Below, piece after piece: positions 28,279 to 38,143 of a stretch of 64,000 nt of DNA; position 1 is the first letter of the stretch; each line of letters starts with the position of its first letter. The translations under genes were made by a program, and so were the position numbers. Location of the stretch: the IMG/VR virus record IMGVR_UViG_3300029288_000057, positions 128,001 through 192,000 of that record; one strand, given 5' to 3'. Under the pieces are notes generated by a model. It was not told the origin of the DNA. It made no database searches and was given only the letters and a program-made list of their open reading frames with translations. The stretch comes from a virus. Lineage: Duplodnaviria > Caudoviricetes.

Positions 28279-30315
28279 TTAAAAATCTAACTCTAATTGA
28301 AATGCTAAATATCTTGATTCATTCTTTTTTATTGGGTATGCTGGTTTTGCAACTGCCACAAGTTCATTGTTTGAATTTAGCACACCTATTTCTGTGATAA
28401 AAGTACTGTCATCATACAACTCGTCAAAAGATTCATTGTTTGATGAGTTATATTCATCATTTCTTGCATATATTGTAATTATAGTTTTATACACACTTGC
28501 TTTTATCCCTGTCGTTAAATTCCCGTAGAAGAAAGATTCGTCTCCAAAAGTTAAACCACTAGAAAATAAAGAGTCTACATTAGATGTGAATGCTGAAAAC
28601 CTTCCGCTTAGTGCGTAAGTTGTTCCTGAATCATAATCTGCCTGTGTAATGCTGAAAACATGACTTTGTAAATCTGATGGACTTATTGTTCCCGTGCCAC
28701 CAGTATATATTCCATTTCCAACTCCATTAGAAATTAATTTCCAATTATATGTTGGCAAATCTCCAACCAAAGTGCTTGCGGATGTAACAATCTCTTGAAC
28801 AAGTATTTGTACTGAATTTGCGTTCCAACCAGTTCCTGTAAGCCCAGACAAGTTTGTATCGCTTCTTAAGTATGGGAAAGAAAGCGCTGGGAAACTAGCT
28901 CTTAAGATGGATGGCAATCCAGTAACAGAGTCTGTTTGTCCATCTATTCTCGTTACGTATCCACACGGAGAGCTTTGTGGATATCCATAACTAACCCCTT
29001 CTTGATATAGTGAACTAGAAGTTACATATGTTACATAATAAGAATAATCACTTTTACAAAGACCAGTTGAAGCGCCTATTGTTGATGGCATTAAATTAAG
29101 CGATAGTTCTGGTATTGTATAATTTCTATTAGATTTATATGTTAAAGCGGTTAATAATTCTTGGTCTGTTATAATAATTATTTTAAGTTTATGATAAACT
29201 CTTCCGACAATCAAAGATGTGCTTGAAATTCCGTCCCTTAAATCTCTGTAATAAGTTTCAGAAACAGTGTCAAAAGTATCATCTCCATATAAATCATATA
29301 GAGTAATTCCATAATTCATTTCTTCTCCCAATGTTGTTGTGAAATTTTTATGCCACATTATATTTGGAATCTCTAATTTAACCGTTCCAGGCACAAACTG
29401 CTCTGCATATGTATTTCCAGAATATTTATTAGTATAGTGAATTACTCCAAAAGTTTTTGTTTCGTTATAGAATCCCAAATATTGTTTGGTGCCATTAAAC
29501 TCAATAGAGCCATATGTTGTATAACCACTATCTGAAATTGCAGTCCCTTCTATCGAAGATGTTCTTATTATATTCATGTTCCAGACTCCACAATTGACCG
29601 TGGCCGCAGACCCGTAGTAAGTTTCTATTCCATTGTATGGGTAAAAATAAGCTTGGATTTTTTGTTGAGAGGCTGCTATAAAAGGATATCCAAAAAATGG
29701 AACACTTCTGTCTAAGTCCAAAGTAAAACCAGTTCTACCTTGTACTCTGTACCACAATGAAACATTTGGTCTTCCGCTGTATACAAACGCCGTACTATTT
29801 GTTATTGCACTATATTGTGGTGGTTCCCAAGGAATATACACCAAATCTCCTGTTTTCGCAGAGTAGCCTCCAGCTGAAAAAGTAATTTCCGTAGTTCCAA
29901 ATGGAGCTCTTTGTGAGTAATCTATTTGTGCGACCCCAATACATGGACCGTCACTGATAGTAGCTCCAGTTTTTATTGACCAATTGTTAGAACTTCCAGA
30001 AAAAAAGCCAGCCGAACTTGTCATTGCAGAAACAATCTGTCTTGCACTGGTTAAACTTTGTGTGCTTATTACAAGACCATCAGCACCATTAAAGCTTGTG
30101 TTGCCGCTATAGGGAAAAATTGGGTGGTCATCCTTTGGTGCTAGAATCCTATTTTGACAAATATCATAATAATTTCTAGCTATTCCATAATTAACTTCCC
30201 TATCAGAAAAAACTATTTTATTAAAAGTTAATGCTCCCAATGATAACAATCTTCTTCCTGTATCGGTAAGCTTAATGTTTATAAAATTTGAAGGTTCTTG
30301 AACTATATAACTCAT
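28279..30315 (-). CDS. tail/baseplate structural protein
   Basis: N-terminal IKLTDTGRRLL...FSDREVNY; C-terminal ITEIGVLNSNNELVAVAKPAYPIKK; start MSYIVQ placed from the promoter. Confidence 0.7.
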   Translation of the reverse strand: MSYIVQEPSNFINIKLTDTGRRLLSLGALTFNKIVFSDREVNYGIARNYYDICQNRILAPKDDHPIFPYSGNTSFNGADGLVISTQSLTSARQIVSAMTSSAGFFSGSSNNWSIKTGATISDGPCIGVAQIDYSQRAPFGTTEITFSAGGYSAKTGDLVYIPWEPPQYSAITNSTAFVYSGRPNVSLWYRVQGRTGFTLDLDRSVPFFGYPFIAASQQKIQAYFYPYNGIETYYGSAATVNCGVWNMNIIRTSSIEGTAISDSGYTTYGSIEFNGTKQYLGFYNETKTFGVIHYTNKYSGNTYAEQFVPGTVKLEIPNIMWHKNFTTTLGEEMNYGITLYDLYGDDTFDTVSETYYRDLRDGISSTSLIVGRVYHKLKIIIITDQELLTALTYKSNRNYTIPELSLNLMPSTIGASTGLCKSDYSYYVTYVTSSSLYQEGVSYGYPQSSPCGYVTRIDGQTDSVTGLPSILRASFPALSFPYLRSDTNLSGLTGTGWNANSVQILVQEIVTSASTLVGDLPTYNWKLISNGVGNGIYTGGTGTISPSDLQSHVFSITQADYDSGTTYALSGRFSAFTSNVDSLFSSGLTFGDESFFYGNLTTGIKASVYKTIITIYARNDEYNSSNNESFDELYDDSTFITEIGVLNSNNELVAVAKPAYPIKKNESRYLAFQLELDF

Positions 30316-30329
30316 TTTTCTTATTTTCC

Positions 30330-30337
30330 TATAAATA
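30330..30337 (-). promoter_or_regulatory. late promoter motif TATTTATA
   Basis: 14 nt upstream of the ATG at 30315; divergent with 30428. Confidence 0.65.
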
Positions 30338-30427
30338 ATCAATAAAAAAATATTTAAACTTTTTGAAAAAATAAATAGTTAACCATTAAAAACCTTTTTT
30401 GATTTGTTTTTAAATCTTTTTTGTTAA

Positions 30428-30435
30428 TATTTATA
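30428..30435 (+). promoter_or_regulatory. late promoter motif TATTTATA
   Basis: 15 nt upstream of the ATG at 30451. Confidence 0.65.
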
Positions 30436-30450
30436 AAAAACAAATTTTAA

Positions 30451-32961
30451 ATGCCTATTTTTGACACAATACCGAATTCTGCAACTACACTATCTGTAAA
30501 TTATAGACCAGGACAAAACAAAAGACTGTTTTCCTCAAAGTCTGAGGCCATATTTTCTTTTGGTGATTTTACAATAGAAAACAACTATACTTTAAATCAG
30601 TTAACGGGGTATACACGTAGTTCTCAGTTTGGTACTTTTGACAATTTACAAACCTTAAGTGCCGCAAATTTTTCTAATGACAGCTTTACGTTTTCCGTAC
30701 AACACAATGAATTAAACTTACCAAAAAGGAATCCAAAATCGCATGCTTATTTTTCTTCCTTTTATACAAATGTGGCAACATCAATCAATACTATAATAGA
30801 AAACTTCCCATATGCTATTTTATCACATAATGGTGGGAACACAAATATATTTGATTATACGGAATATTTTAATGGAATAACATTACAAAAAACTTCTTCT
30901 TTTAAAATACCAGTATCTGGATTAACGAACCAGGGAAATATTGCATTAGCTTCTGGGAACACAGAGGAAACATATAGTTTATCTTATGAATACGATGAGT
31001 TTTGTATACAATTAAGTGCAACAACAAGTGCAAAAACAGAGGTTTTTACAATAAAAGACTATTCGTTTTCTGGAACATATCTGTATTTTGAAGTTTATGG
31101 GTTTTTAATGAGTAGTGGTACTGCTACCTATGAAAACGCTCTCTATATAAGACCTACTAAAGAGAGAATGTTTAACTACAATGACTCTATAACTGCGCTA
31201 GAGACACAATTGTTAAATGAAGGAATATTTTTAATTCCAGCAATTGATACCACGGCAGACGACTCTTTTGAGAAAACATTTACATGGCCTAGAACCATAG
31301 ATGGGTTTTCTCCAGACTCATATGGAACTGATTTCGAGGATTATAAAGAAAATATATTGGCTGCAGCTGAAAAGGTTGACCAAGAAAAGACAGATATTTT
31401 TATAAAAACAGTAATTCCAGAAAATTATACGGAATTAGATTCTGATAATGAAATTTATAGAACTATAATACAAACATATGCTTATGAATTTGATAAGCTT
31501 AAGAATTATATAGATGCAATGGCGTATGCTCATAGCATTGAATATAATAATGAAGAAACAGTGCCAAAAAAATTCTTAACGAAATTAGGTTCTCTCTTGG
31601 GGTGGAAATTGTCGGAAGGATTCAGTGAACTAGACTTGTTTGATTATTTAACATCTGACTTAGACGAAAACTCTAATTCATTTTCCTATTTTAATCTTGA
31701 AATTTGGAGGAGAATTTTAATCAACCTCGTTTGGTTATATAAGAAAAAGGGAACAAGAGATGCTATAATGTTTATTTTTAGACTTATTGGAGCTCCAGAT
31801 TCTTTAATAAAGTTTGATGAGTTTGTATATGATATTGCTAAAACCACACCAATATTAACAGGGAAAGTAGACACTGATGGTTATATTAATTATGCGACCA
31901 GTGATTTTATATTTCAAGAGGGTGGAGATGGTAGAGGAAATGGGGATGCGTATATTAATCAGTGGAGACCAGAGTTTGACCCAGTTATGAGGGTTGATAA
32001 TAATAAAATACAAACTGGAGATACCACTGGTGGGACAAGAAGTATTGTAAACACAAAAGAAATAGACCTTGCCTTTTCTCCAGCACAAGCAATAGAAACA
32101 GATGTTTGGGAATTCTATCAACAAAGCGGTGCGTGTTGCCAAGGACAAGTTGGATGTACTCCAGCTCTTTCTTTAAGTTGTTTAACGGTGCCATCTGAAT
32201 ATCTTTCCTTTACTTGTGATGATGCATGCCCAGTAAACATAACTGCTATGACTTTAAATCAGTATATAGATTATGTTTATACTAATTCTATTGACCCAAC
32301 AAATAGGAAAACCAACGCACAATGTCATACAACATGGAGTTATCCAGAATTAAAAAATATATATTTAACCTATTATTATGCAACATGTCCTCCAGACAAT
32401 CACCATTTGACTATGTGCAGACTGGAGTCATATCTTCAATTGCTTGAAATGCAAATGGGAGATTATATATTACAATTAATACCTGCTACTACAATCTTTG
32501 ACGATTCCGTCGCTTCTCTATATAAGAATACAGTTTTTCACAGGCAAAGATTTGTTTATAAAGAAGGAGTCGATAAGGGGTCTATGTTTAGAAGAAATTT
32601 TCCTGATGAAATTCAACCAGGGGTTGGATATTCTTTTGTGAATACAGCTACAATATGTGTTTTTGCTGGGCACAGCAACCTGTCTAGCGGAGCTTTAGAT
32701 ATAACGGGCAATTCCTGGAGGGTCGAAAAGAATATTCCAGCGGGAAATATTTGTCCTTCTGCAAAAAACATTGCCAACAAAACTTCTGGTAGAAAAATTG
32801 ACACTATCACAACAAAGAGTGGTGCATTGAGCCCAATTAAAGTGACCTGCAGCATAAATAAAAACAAGTTATCGACAGGAATTGATGCTGTAAATATATC
32901 TAATGTTGAGGTAAACGAAATGTCGCAAAATTTAATAAGTGAAGAAATATTTGATTTTTAA
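30451..32961 (+). CDS. baseplate wedge protein (P2 gpI / T4 gp7-like core)
   Basis: VPKKFL..LG..LGW...IWRRILINLVWLYKKKGTRDAI.F..RLIG; QLIPATT. Confidence 0.7.
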   Translation: MPIFDTIPNSATTLSVNYRPGQNKRLFSSKSEAIFSFGDFTIENNYTLNQLTGYTRSSQFGTFDNLQTLSAANFSNDSFTFSVQHNELNLPKRNPKSHAYFSSFYTNVATSINTIIENFPYAILSHNGGNTNIFDYTEYFNGITLQKTSSFKIPVSGLTNQGNIALASGNTEETYSLSYEYDEFCIQLSATTSAKTEVFTIKDYSFSGTYLYFEVYGFLMSSGTATYENALYIRPTKERMFNYNDSITALETQLLNEGIFLIPAIDTTADDSFEKTFTWPRTIDGFSPDSYGTDFEDYKENILAAAEKVDQEKTDIFIKTVIPENYTELDSDNEIYRTIIQTYAYEFDKLKNYIDAMAYAHSIEYNNEETVPKKFLTKLGSLLGWKLSEGFSELDLFDYLTSDLDENSNSFSYFNLEIWRRILINLVWLYKKKGTRDAIMFIFRLIGAPDSLIKFDEFVYDIAKTTPILTGKVDTDGYINYATSDFIFQEGGDGRGNGDAYINQWRPEFDPVMRVDNNKIQTGDTTGGTRSIVNTKEIDLAFSPAQAIETDVWEFYQQSGACCQGQVGCTPALSLSCLTVPSEYLSFTCDDACPVNITAMTLNQYIDYVYTNSIDPTNRKTNAQCHTTWSYPELKNIYLTYYYATCPPDNHHLTMCRLESYLQLLEMQMGDYILQLIPATTIFDDSVASLYKNTVFHRQRFVYKEGVDKGSMFRRNFPDEIQPGVGYSFVNTATICVFAGHSNLSSGALDITGNSWRVEKNIPAGNICPSAKNIANKTSGRKIDTITTKSGALSPIKVTCSINKNKLSTGIDAVNISNVEVNEMSQNLISEEIFDF

Positions 32962-32971
32962 AATTTAGAAG

Positions 32972-34672
32972 ATGCCATTAATATATGACTCAAATAGTAG
33001 AATTTTTATAAAACAGGACTATCAAAAGCATTCTGGGAAAGCATCATGTAGTTCGGAAAGTGCAGTAGAAGCATTTCACACAAATCATTTTGTTAGTGCT
33101 GAACAATTTAATGCAACGCTTTTTGCATTCGATACTCCTTCATACTATACAAAGGGAGGTACCTTAAATTATTATAGCCAAGATTATTGGTCTGTTTACA
33201 CAAACATATCTCGTCCATATATTAAATTTGTATTTACAGCCAATACAAAAAGTTTTGGAACTGGAACAACAATAAAGCATGATGTTTATAAAATCCCTTA
33301 TAAAGATTACAAAAAATATACAGATGAATTAAATAAAAAAGCTGAACAAAACAGTGAGGATTGTAAAATTCAATCTATTGAAGAGGCTAGTGTTGTCGGT
33401 GATGCTGCTACTGCAACTACAAAAAGGATAACATTAACCAGCAATAGAGATAGTGTGGCATCCAAAGTTTTTCCACAAACAGTTTCTTGCGCTGATTCAC
33501 AAGTTTCAAAACAATATAGTGGAATAGAAAGTTTATTAATCAATCCCATTTTAACAGTTACAGCAACTACTTCTGGAATTTCAACTAGTGTTTATGATTT
33601 GTTTTTAGAAGAATATCAAAAAAAGTTTGGAGGATACCAATATCAATTATTTGAGGATTATGCTCAATATTTTATAACAACACAGTTTGAATTTAGCAGA
33701 GAACAGGCGGTGGGATTAGATGAGTTTTATCAATTGGATGATGATAAAAATCTGGTTTCAATTGAATACCAACAATACTATGAGGAGATTACTCCAACCA
33801 ATAGTCACACAATAACTGGTGGAACATTTTCTGGTATCACTGTCCATGGAAATTTCTTTACATATTTTTTAATTCCAAACAAGCCAAAATGGGAAAGTCC
33901 ATATGTAACAGGTTCTCTTAATACTTTTGCCCCAACATTCTTTTGGTCTAACACTGATGATGGAGATAGTTATTTGCTTCAGGTTGTTTATGAATCTGGA
34001 GATTGCCAATCATTTAGTGGCACCGTATATTCTTATCCAATAGAAAAGGACAAAACGAATTTAAGCACTAATGAAATATTAAACTCACCTTCTGGGGATT
34101 GGTCAATAACACAAGAAACAACAGATGTGGTAAGACAATATTCTGTGCCCTTAAAAGTTGGTAAAGACTTTTGGTATAGAATTGCAAACGTTAAAGAATT
34201 GGTAAATATATTTGGTGTAAAACAAAAGGTATACACATTTTCAGATATAAGTGCTGCCACGATTACCTCAACTTCATATAGGTCTAAAGTTTATGTTCAA
34301 GCAGATAGCTCACACATGGAGGATATTTCGGAAATGATTTATCCAGAATACCTAGATGATATTGTTCAGAGTCAATACACTTTAAGTGGAAGTGTTTCTG
34401 GAAGTGTCGTAACAGGAGCTACAATGCAATTGGTTTATCCAAATGGAAATTACGAAACCAAACTGACAGATTCTGTGGGTAATTTCTACTATACAGAATT
34501 GGAAGGAGGGATACATACATTAAACACATTCTATAGGGGCTATTTGCAAGACACTAGAACTATAAATATAACTGCGAATACTGTATGTGATGTAATTTAT
34601 CTTAAATTAATTTGGGGAAATAGATGGGATACATGGGGAGCAATGGGAGATAAAGTTTTTGGTATAGATTAA
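32972..34672 (+). CDS. virion structural protein with FN3-like and carboxypeptidase-regulatory-like beta domains
   Basis: PTFFWS...SYLLQV...WYRI; C-terminal LSGSV...GATMQL...TDSVGNFYY..L..G. Confidence 0.55.
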   Translation: MPLIYDSNSRIFIKQDYQKHSGKASCSSESAVEAFHTNHFVSAEQFNATLFAFDTPSYYTKGGTLNYYSQDYWSVYTNISRPYIKFVFTANTKSFGTGTTIKHDVYKIPYKDYKKYTDELNKKAEQNSEDCKIQSIEEASVVGDAATATTKRITLTSNRDSVASKVFPQTVSCADSQVSKQYSGIESLLINPILTVTATTSGISTSVYDLFLEEYQKKFGGYQYQLFEDYAQYFITTQFEFSREQAVGLDEFYQLDDDKNLVSIEYQQYYEEITPTNSHTITGGTFSGITVHGNFFTYFLIPNKPKWESPYVTGSLNTFAPTFFWSNTDDGDSYLLQVVYESGDCQSFSGTVYSYPIEKDKTNLSTNEILNSPSGDWSITQETTDVVRQYSVPLKVGKDFWYRIANVKELVNIFGVKQKVYTFSDISAATITSTSYRSKVYVQADSSHMEDISEMIYPEYLDDIVQSQYTLSGSVSGSVVTGATMQLVYPNGNYETKLTDSVGNFYYTELEGGIHTLNTFYRGYLQDTRTINITANTVCDVIYLKLIWGNRWDTWGAMGDKVFGID

Positions 34673-34683
34673 TTTTGTTTAAC

Positions 34684-34691
34684 TATTTATA
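34684..34691 (+). promoter_or_regulatory. late promoter motif TATTTATA
   Basis: 14 nt upstream of the ATG at 34706. Confidence 0.65.
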
Positions 34692-34705
34692 AAAAAAAAT
34701 AAAAA

Positions 34706-35599
34706 ATGAATGGAGAATTAATATTAAGTGCAAGTTCCTTAAATGTGGGAAGGGCAGCCATAAATTATGCATTTAGTGGTGAAGCATCTTTTAATACATT
34801 AAGTGCGCAAACAATGGTGTCTGGTTCCACAAATCTATATGATATATTTGATGTAAAGGGTAGTGAAGATGTAACAAGAGTTCAACCAGGAACAAATATA
34901 TATACTGCGGGAACAGACAACAATCCATCTGTGAATATGTCTGCGGCCACATTGGATTCACTAACAGTAAGTGGAGCAACGTCACTTGGAACATTAAGCG
35001 CTACTACTACCATTTATTCTGCCAACACAGACCTATCTAGCATCTTTGTTGGAGGAAGTGGTACAACAGATTATGTTGCAATATGGAAAGATTCAAAAAA
35101 CTTAAAAGGAGCTTCTGGTTTTACCGCAACAGTTCTTTCTGTACCTCCAGCAATGGCTGGGAAGACACTAGTTTATATAAATGGAGAGATAAGCGCTGGA
35201 ACAATTTATTCTGCAACTACAAATTTGTATGACATATTTGAGCCCAAATCAACCACAGCTCCAGAAACATTTCAAACTCTTACAGACGCTGCAACTATTG
35301 TTTGGGGATATGATTTAGGGCGTAATGCAAAAGTTACACTTGGCGGAGATAGAGATTTAAAAATAACAGGACTTACGGACGGGGCTTGTGGAACACTAAT
35401 AGTAGTTCAAAGCGTTACTGGAAACAATAAATTATTTTTAACTGGGACAACAGGTGTTACAAATAAATTTATAAGTGGCGGAGGTGGAGTTGTTATTTTG
35501 ACTTCTACTGGTTCAGCGGAAGATATACTTTCCTTTGTTTATCACAATTCGACAAATATTTTATATTGGAATATTGGTTACAATTATACTGGACCATAA
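34706..35599 (+). CDS. short tail-fibre-like protein
   Basis: three SAxT(T)(M/I)(V/Y)S(G/A)xT(N/D)LxxIF repeats; C-terminal TLTDAATIVW...VTLGGDR...LIVVQ...DILSFVY fibre-tip-type domain. Confidence 0.65.
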   Translation: MNGELILSASSLNVGRAAINYAFSGEASFNTLSAQTMVSGSTNLYDIFDVKGSEDVTRVQPGTNIYTAGTDNNPSVNMSAATLDSLTVSGATSLGTLSATTTIYSANTDLSSIFVGGSGTTDYVAIWKDSKNLKGASGFTATVLSVPPAMAGKTLVYINGEISAGTIYSATTNLYDIFEPKSTTAPETFQTLTDAATIVWGYDLGRNAKVTLGGDRDLKITGLTDGACGTLIVVQSVTGNNKLFLTGTTGVTNKFISGGGGVVILTSTGSAEDILSFVYHNSTNILYWNIGYNYTGP

Positions 35600-35634
35600 C
35601 TTATTAATTATTGATGTGTCTCTTTTACTATTAG

Positions 35635-35663
35635 AAAAAAGCCCCAAACTCTGGGGCTTTTTT
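35635..35663. terminator. bidirectional intrinsic terminator
   Basis: aaaaaagcccca...tggggctttttt between convergent genes. Confidence 0.8.
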
Positions 35664-36534
35664 ATTGTGATAAATCGTTGAAGTTTTGATTGTAGTTGAT
35701 AATTGCCCTTTCTTCTTTATAATCAACATTTCCATATTCAAATTGTTTCTTCCTTGTTAATAAATTATATTGTTTATAAAGATTATTATTTTCATCGAAT
35801 ATGGAAAATAGTCCAGTTTCCATATCTCTCGTAGAGTTTCCAAATACACCATAACTTAAAGTCTTAACTGTTTGGTCGACCATTTCTATTTCTAACATAA
35901 CTGGGTCAAAGAATGTGTTAGAAATAAGTATTTTTTGGCCAGCCTTTCCAAGGTCTGCCCTTGCAGTATTCGATATTAAACTAACTTCATCTGGAGTTAA
36001 AGTAAGAAATAATGAGGCGCCATTGTCATTTAAAGTATAACTTGTCGTTGAACCCTGAATTGATTGTGTTGTGTTTTGTGCTGGGCTCACAGGGTCACTA
36101 CCAGTAATGATTTTATGAAAGTTCTTTATTTTTATTCCATTGTCATCGAAATATTCCACTTGATATCCGATTAAGCTTCCAGTTCCCTGAAATTGTAATT
36201 TCGGGATAACGATTCCCTTTCTTGAAATTTGAATTTCTTCGCTTGTTTCTGTTACAATAAAAGAACAGTCTATAATATTTGTCTCAAATGTCTTTGGTTT
36301 TATCAAAACAACATAAAATCCAAGGTCGCTAAAAATTGATGCTGGTAGTTTTAATTTATATGCTCCATCCGCACCAAACATTTTTGTAAAATCACTGTTA
36401 GATATATTAGAAAACAATGGTCTTAATTGATTGTCGGTGACGGTTTCTCTGTTTGGGGAATATGCATAAAGCACATCAACATCATTGTAGTCACAATCGC
36501 AAAGCTTTTTTGTCCCGTATATTCCTATTGCCAT
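35662..36534 (-). CDS. putative baseplate/virion protein
   Basis: late motif at 36566-36573; located in the structural block. Confidence 0.55.
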   Translation of the reverse strand: MAIGIYGTKKLCDCDYNDVDVLYAYSPNRETVTDNQLRPLFSNISNSDFTKMFGADGAYKLKLPASIFSDLGFYVVLIKPKTFETNIIDCSFIVTETSEEIQISRKGIVIPKLQFQGTGSLIGYQVEYFDDNGIKIKNFHKIITGSDPVSPAQNTTQSIQGSTTSYTLNDNGASLFLTLTPDEVSLISNTARADLGKAGQKILISNTFFDPVMLEIEMVDQTVKTLSYGVFGNSTRDMETGLFSIFDENNNLYKQYNLLTRKKQFEYGNVDYKEERAIINYNQNFNDLSQ

Positions 36535-36565
36535 AATTGAAATTTTTTTAAATATATAACTTTTT

Positions 36566-36573
36566 TATAAATA
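36566..36573 (-). promoter_or_regulatory. late promoter motif TATTTATA
   Basis: 31 nt upstream of the ATG at 36534. Confidence 0.55.
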
Positions 36574-36589
36574 ATTTGAAATTTTAATA

Positions 36590-37630
36590 TCACATTTCTC
36601 CTATTATTACATCAGGTAACGCCACATCAATTGTGTCTCCAGTTAATAAATGAGACACATTGAAGTTTATTGCTATAGCATTAAAATGAGTATCTGACCA
36701 ATATGTATTTTCATTTGTTACAAAATTGGGGTCAATAAAGCACTGAATTAATGAAGGTGTTGCTGCCGATAAAGTAGTTGACGTGGGGGTTGAAGGTGTT
36801 GTGTCGCTTCCTATAACTTTTACAAAAGAGCTGTCAACACTTTTTATATTTGTCTGAGTTGCCGTTTTCAAAAAGTCATAATTTGTTATTAAATCTGCTG
36901 GGTTTTGAGAAAATATTACCCCACTATTAATGGTTTTATAAATAACATTTTCACATGCGTCAAAAGCCATTCTGGCTGTTTGTGTAAATCTTTTCATCAA
37001 AAGAACGTTTATAAAATAATATTCACCTTTTGTTGGAACGTCTACATATCTTTCTTCTGTGTTGTTATTTCTTTCTCCTCTATATATATCTAAAGTTGCA
37101 GCAGTAAAGGGAGCTTTTGCTGGAGAATATGCTGCAATACTCGGAGTCATGCTTGACCAAAAGTAATAATTATGAAAAATGTTTTGTGTGATATATTCAT
37201 ACCCACTTCCATCCATTAATTGATTTCTAACAGCATTGTTAAAAACATCTGGGTTGACTGAATATTCAGAGTTAATTCCTCTTAAGATTGAGGTATTATA
37301 AAAATTATTAAAAGAGTCTGCTAGTTTTTCATCGTCATAATAAATCGCCTTAAATTGTGCTGTGGGAATAAAGTCGTTTGATAATGGGTTGAGCATTAAT
37401 GCATAATTCATTATTGAGGAAGATGATAAAAACGAATAATAAGCTTTGACAACCTTTTGGTTGTTTTCGTTTGAGAGGAAAGACCTTATATTCGAAAAAT
37501 CGACTATTTTATCCTGCTGGCCAGACTCATTTAAATAATAATTGTTCACATATTGCAAATCACTCTGAACTGAAGATGTTGTGCTTCCAGTAAAGAATCT
37601 GTTTTTTAATATGTCGTGAGTTTGTTCCAT
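36590..37630 (-). CDS. putative virion protein
   Basis: structural operon; shares a YxINVxLxKxx motif with the next gene. Confidence 0.5.
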   Translation of the reverse strand: MEQTHDILKNRFFTGSTTSSVQSDLQYVNNYYLNESGQQDKIVDFSNIRSFLSNENNQKVVKAYYSFLSSSSIMNYALMLNPLSNDFIPTAQFKAIYYDDEKLADSFNNFYNTSILRGINSEYSVNPDVFNNAVRNQLMDGSGYEYITQNIFHNYYFWSSMTPSIAAYSPAKAPFTAATLDIYRGERNNNTEERYVDVPTKGEYYFINVLLMKRFTQTARMAFDACENVIYKTINSGVIFSQNPADLITNYDFLKTATQTNIKSVDSSFVKVIGSDTTPSTPTSTTLSAATPSLIQCFIDPNFVTNENTYWSDTHFNAIAINFNVSHLLTGDTIDVALPDVIIGEM

Positions 37631-37632
37631 TG

Positions 37633-38139
37633 TTATTTATTTATAGATATTGGGAAAAAATAAGCTTTTGAAACTGCGCTCTCTTTTTTGGGTTGTAATT
37701 TTTCCAATTTTTCCAGTCCATTTTCTTGTTTTTTTTCTCCTGTGATTTCATTTACAGTGGTAGTTACGTCATTTATAAGCACATTGTATCCTAATTCATT
37801 AAACCATGATTTTACGTCCGCAGTTGACGCTGTTGATAAATAACTGTATTGATTTTTTAAATAATTTATCATGACAGGAGTTAAGTCATTTTCATTATTA
37901 ACTTTAATTCTTTTAACCGTGTCAAAAAACCCGAAGTCAATATAATATGGATTAATTGTCTGATTTTTGATTTTGAATATTTTTTCATCCCTTTTTACAT
38001 CAACGTATTCAAAAATTTCACATGTTTTTGTTAAAAAAACATTTATATAATACGCTTCTTCAAGGTGAAGTATATCAACATCTTCAAATTCACGCTTGAG
38101 GAATATTTGTTTTTTTATGTAGTTTTGATTTAAGTTCAT
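37633..38139 (-). CDS. putative virion protein
   Basis: structural operon. Confidence 0.5.
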   Translation of the reverse strand: MNLNQNYIKKQIFLKREFEDVDILHLEEAYYINVFLTKTCEIFEYVDVKRDEKIFKIKNQTINPYYIDFGFFDTVKRIKVNNENDLTPVMINYLKNQYSYLSTASTADVKSWFNELGYNVLINDVTTTVNEITGEKKQENGLEKLEKLQPKKESAVSKAYFFPISINK

Positions 38140-38143
38140 GATT

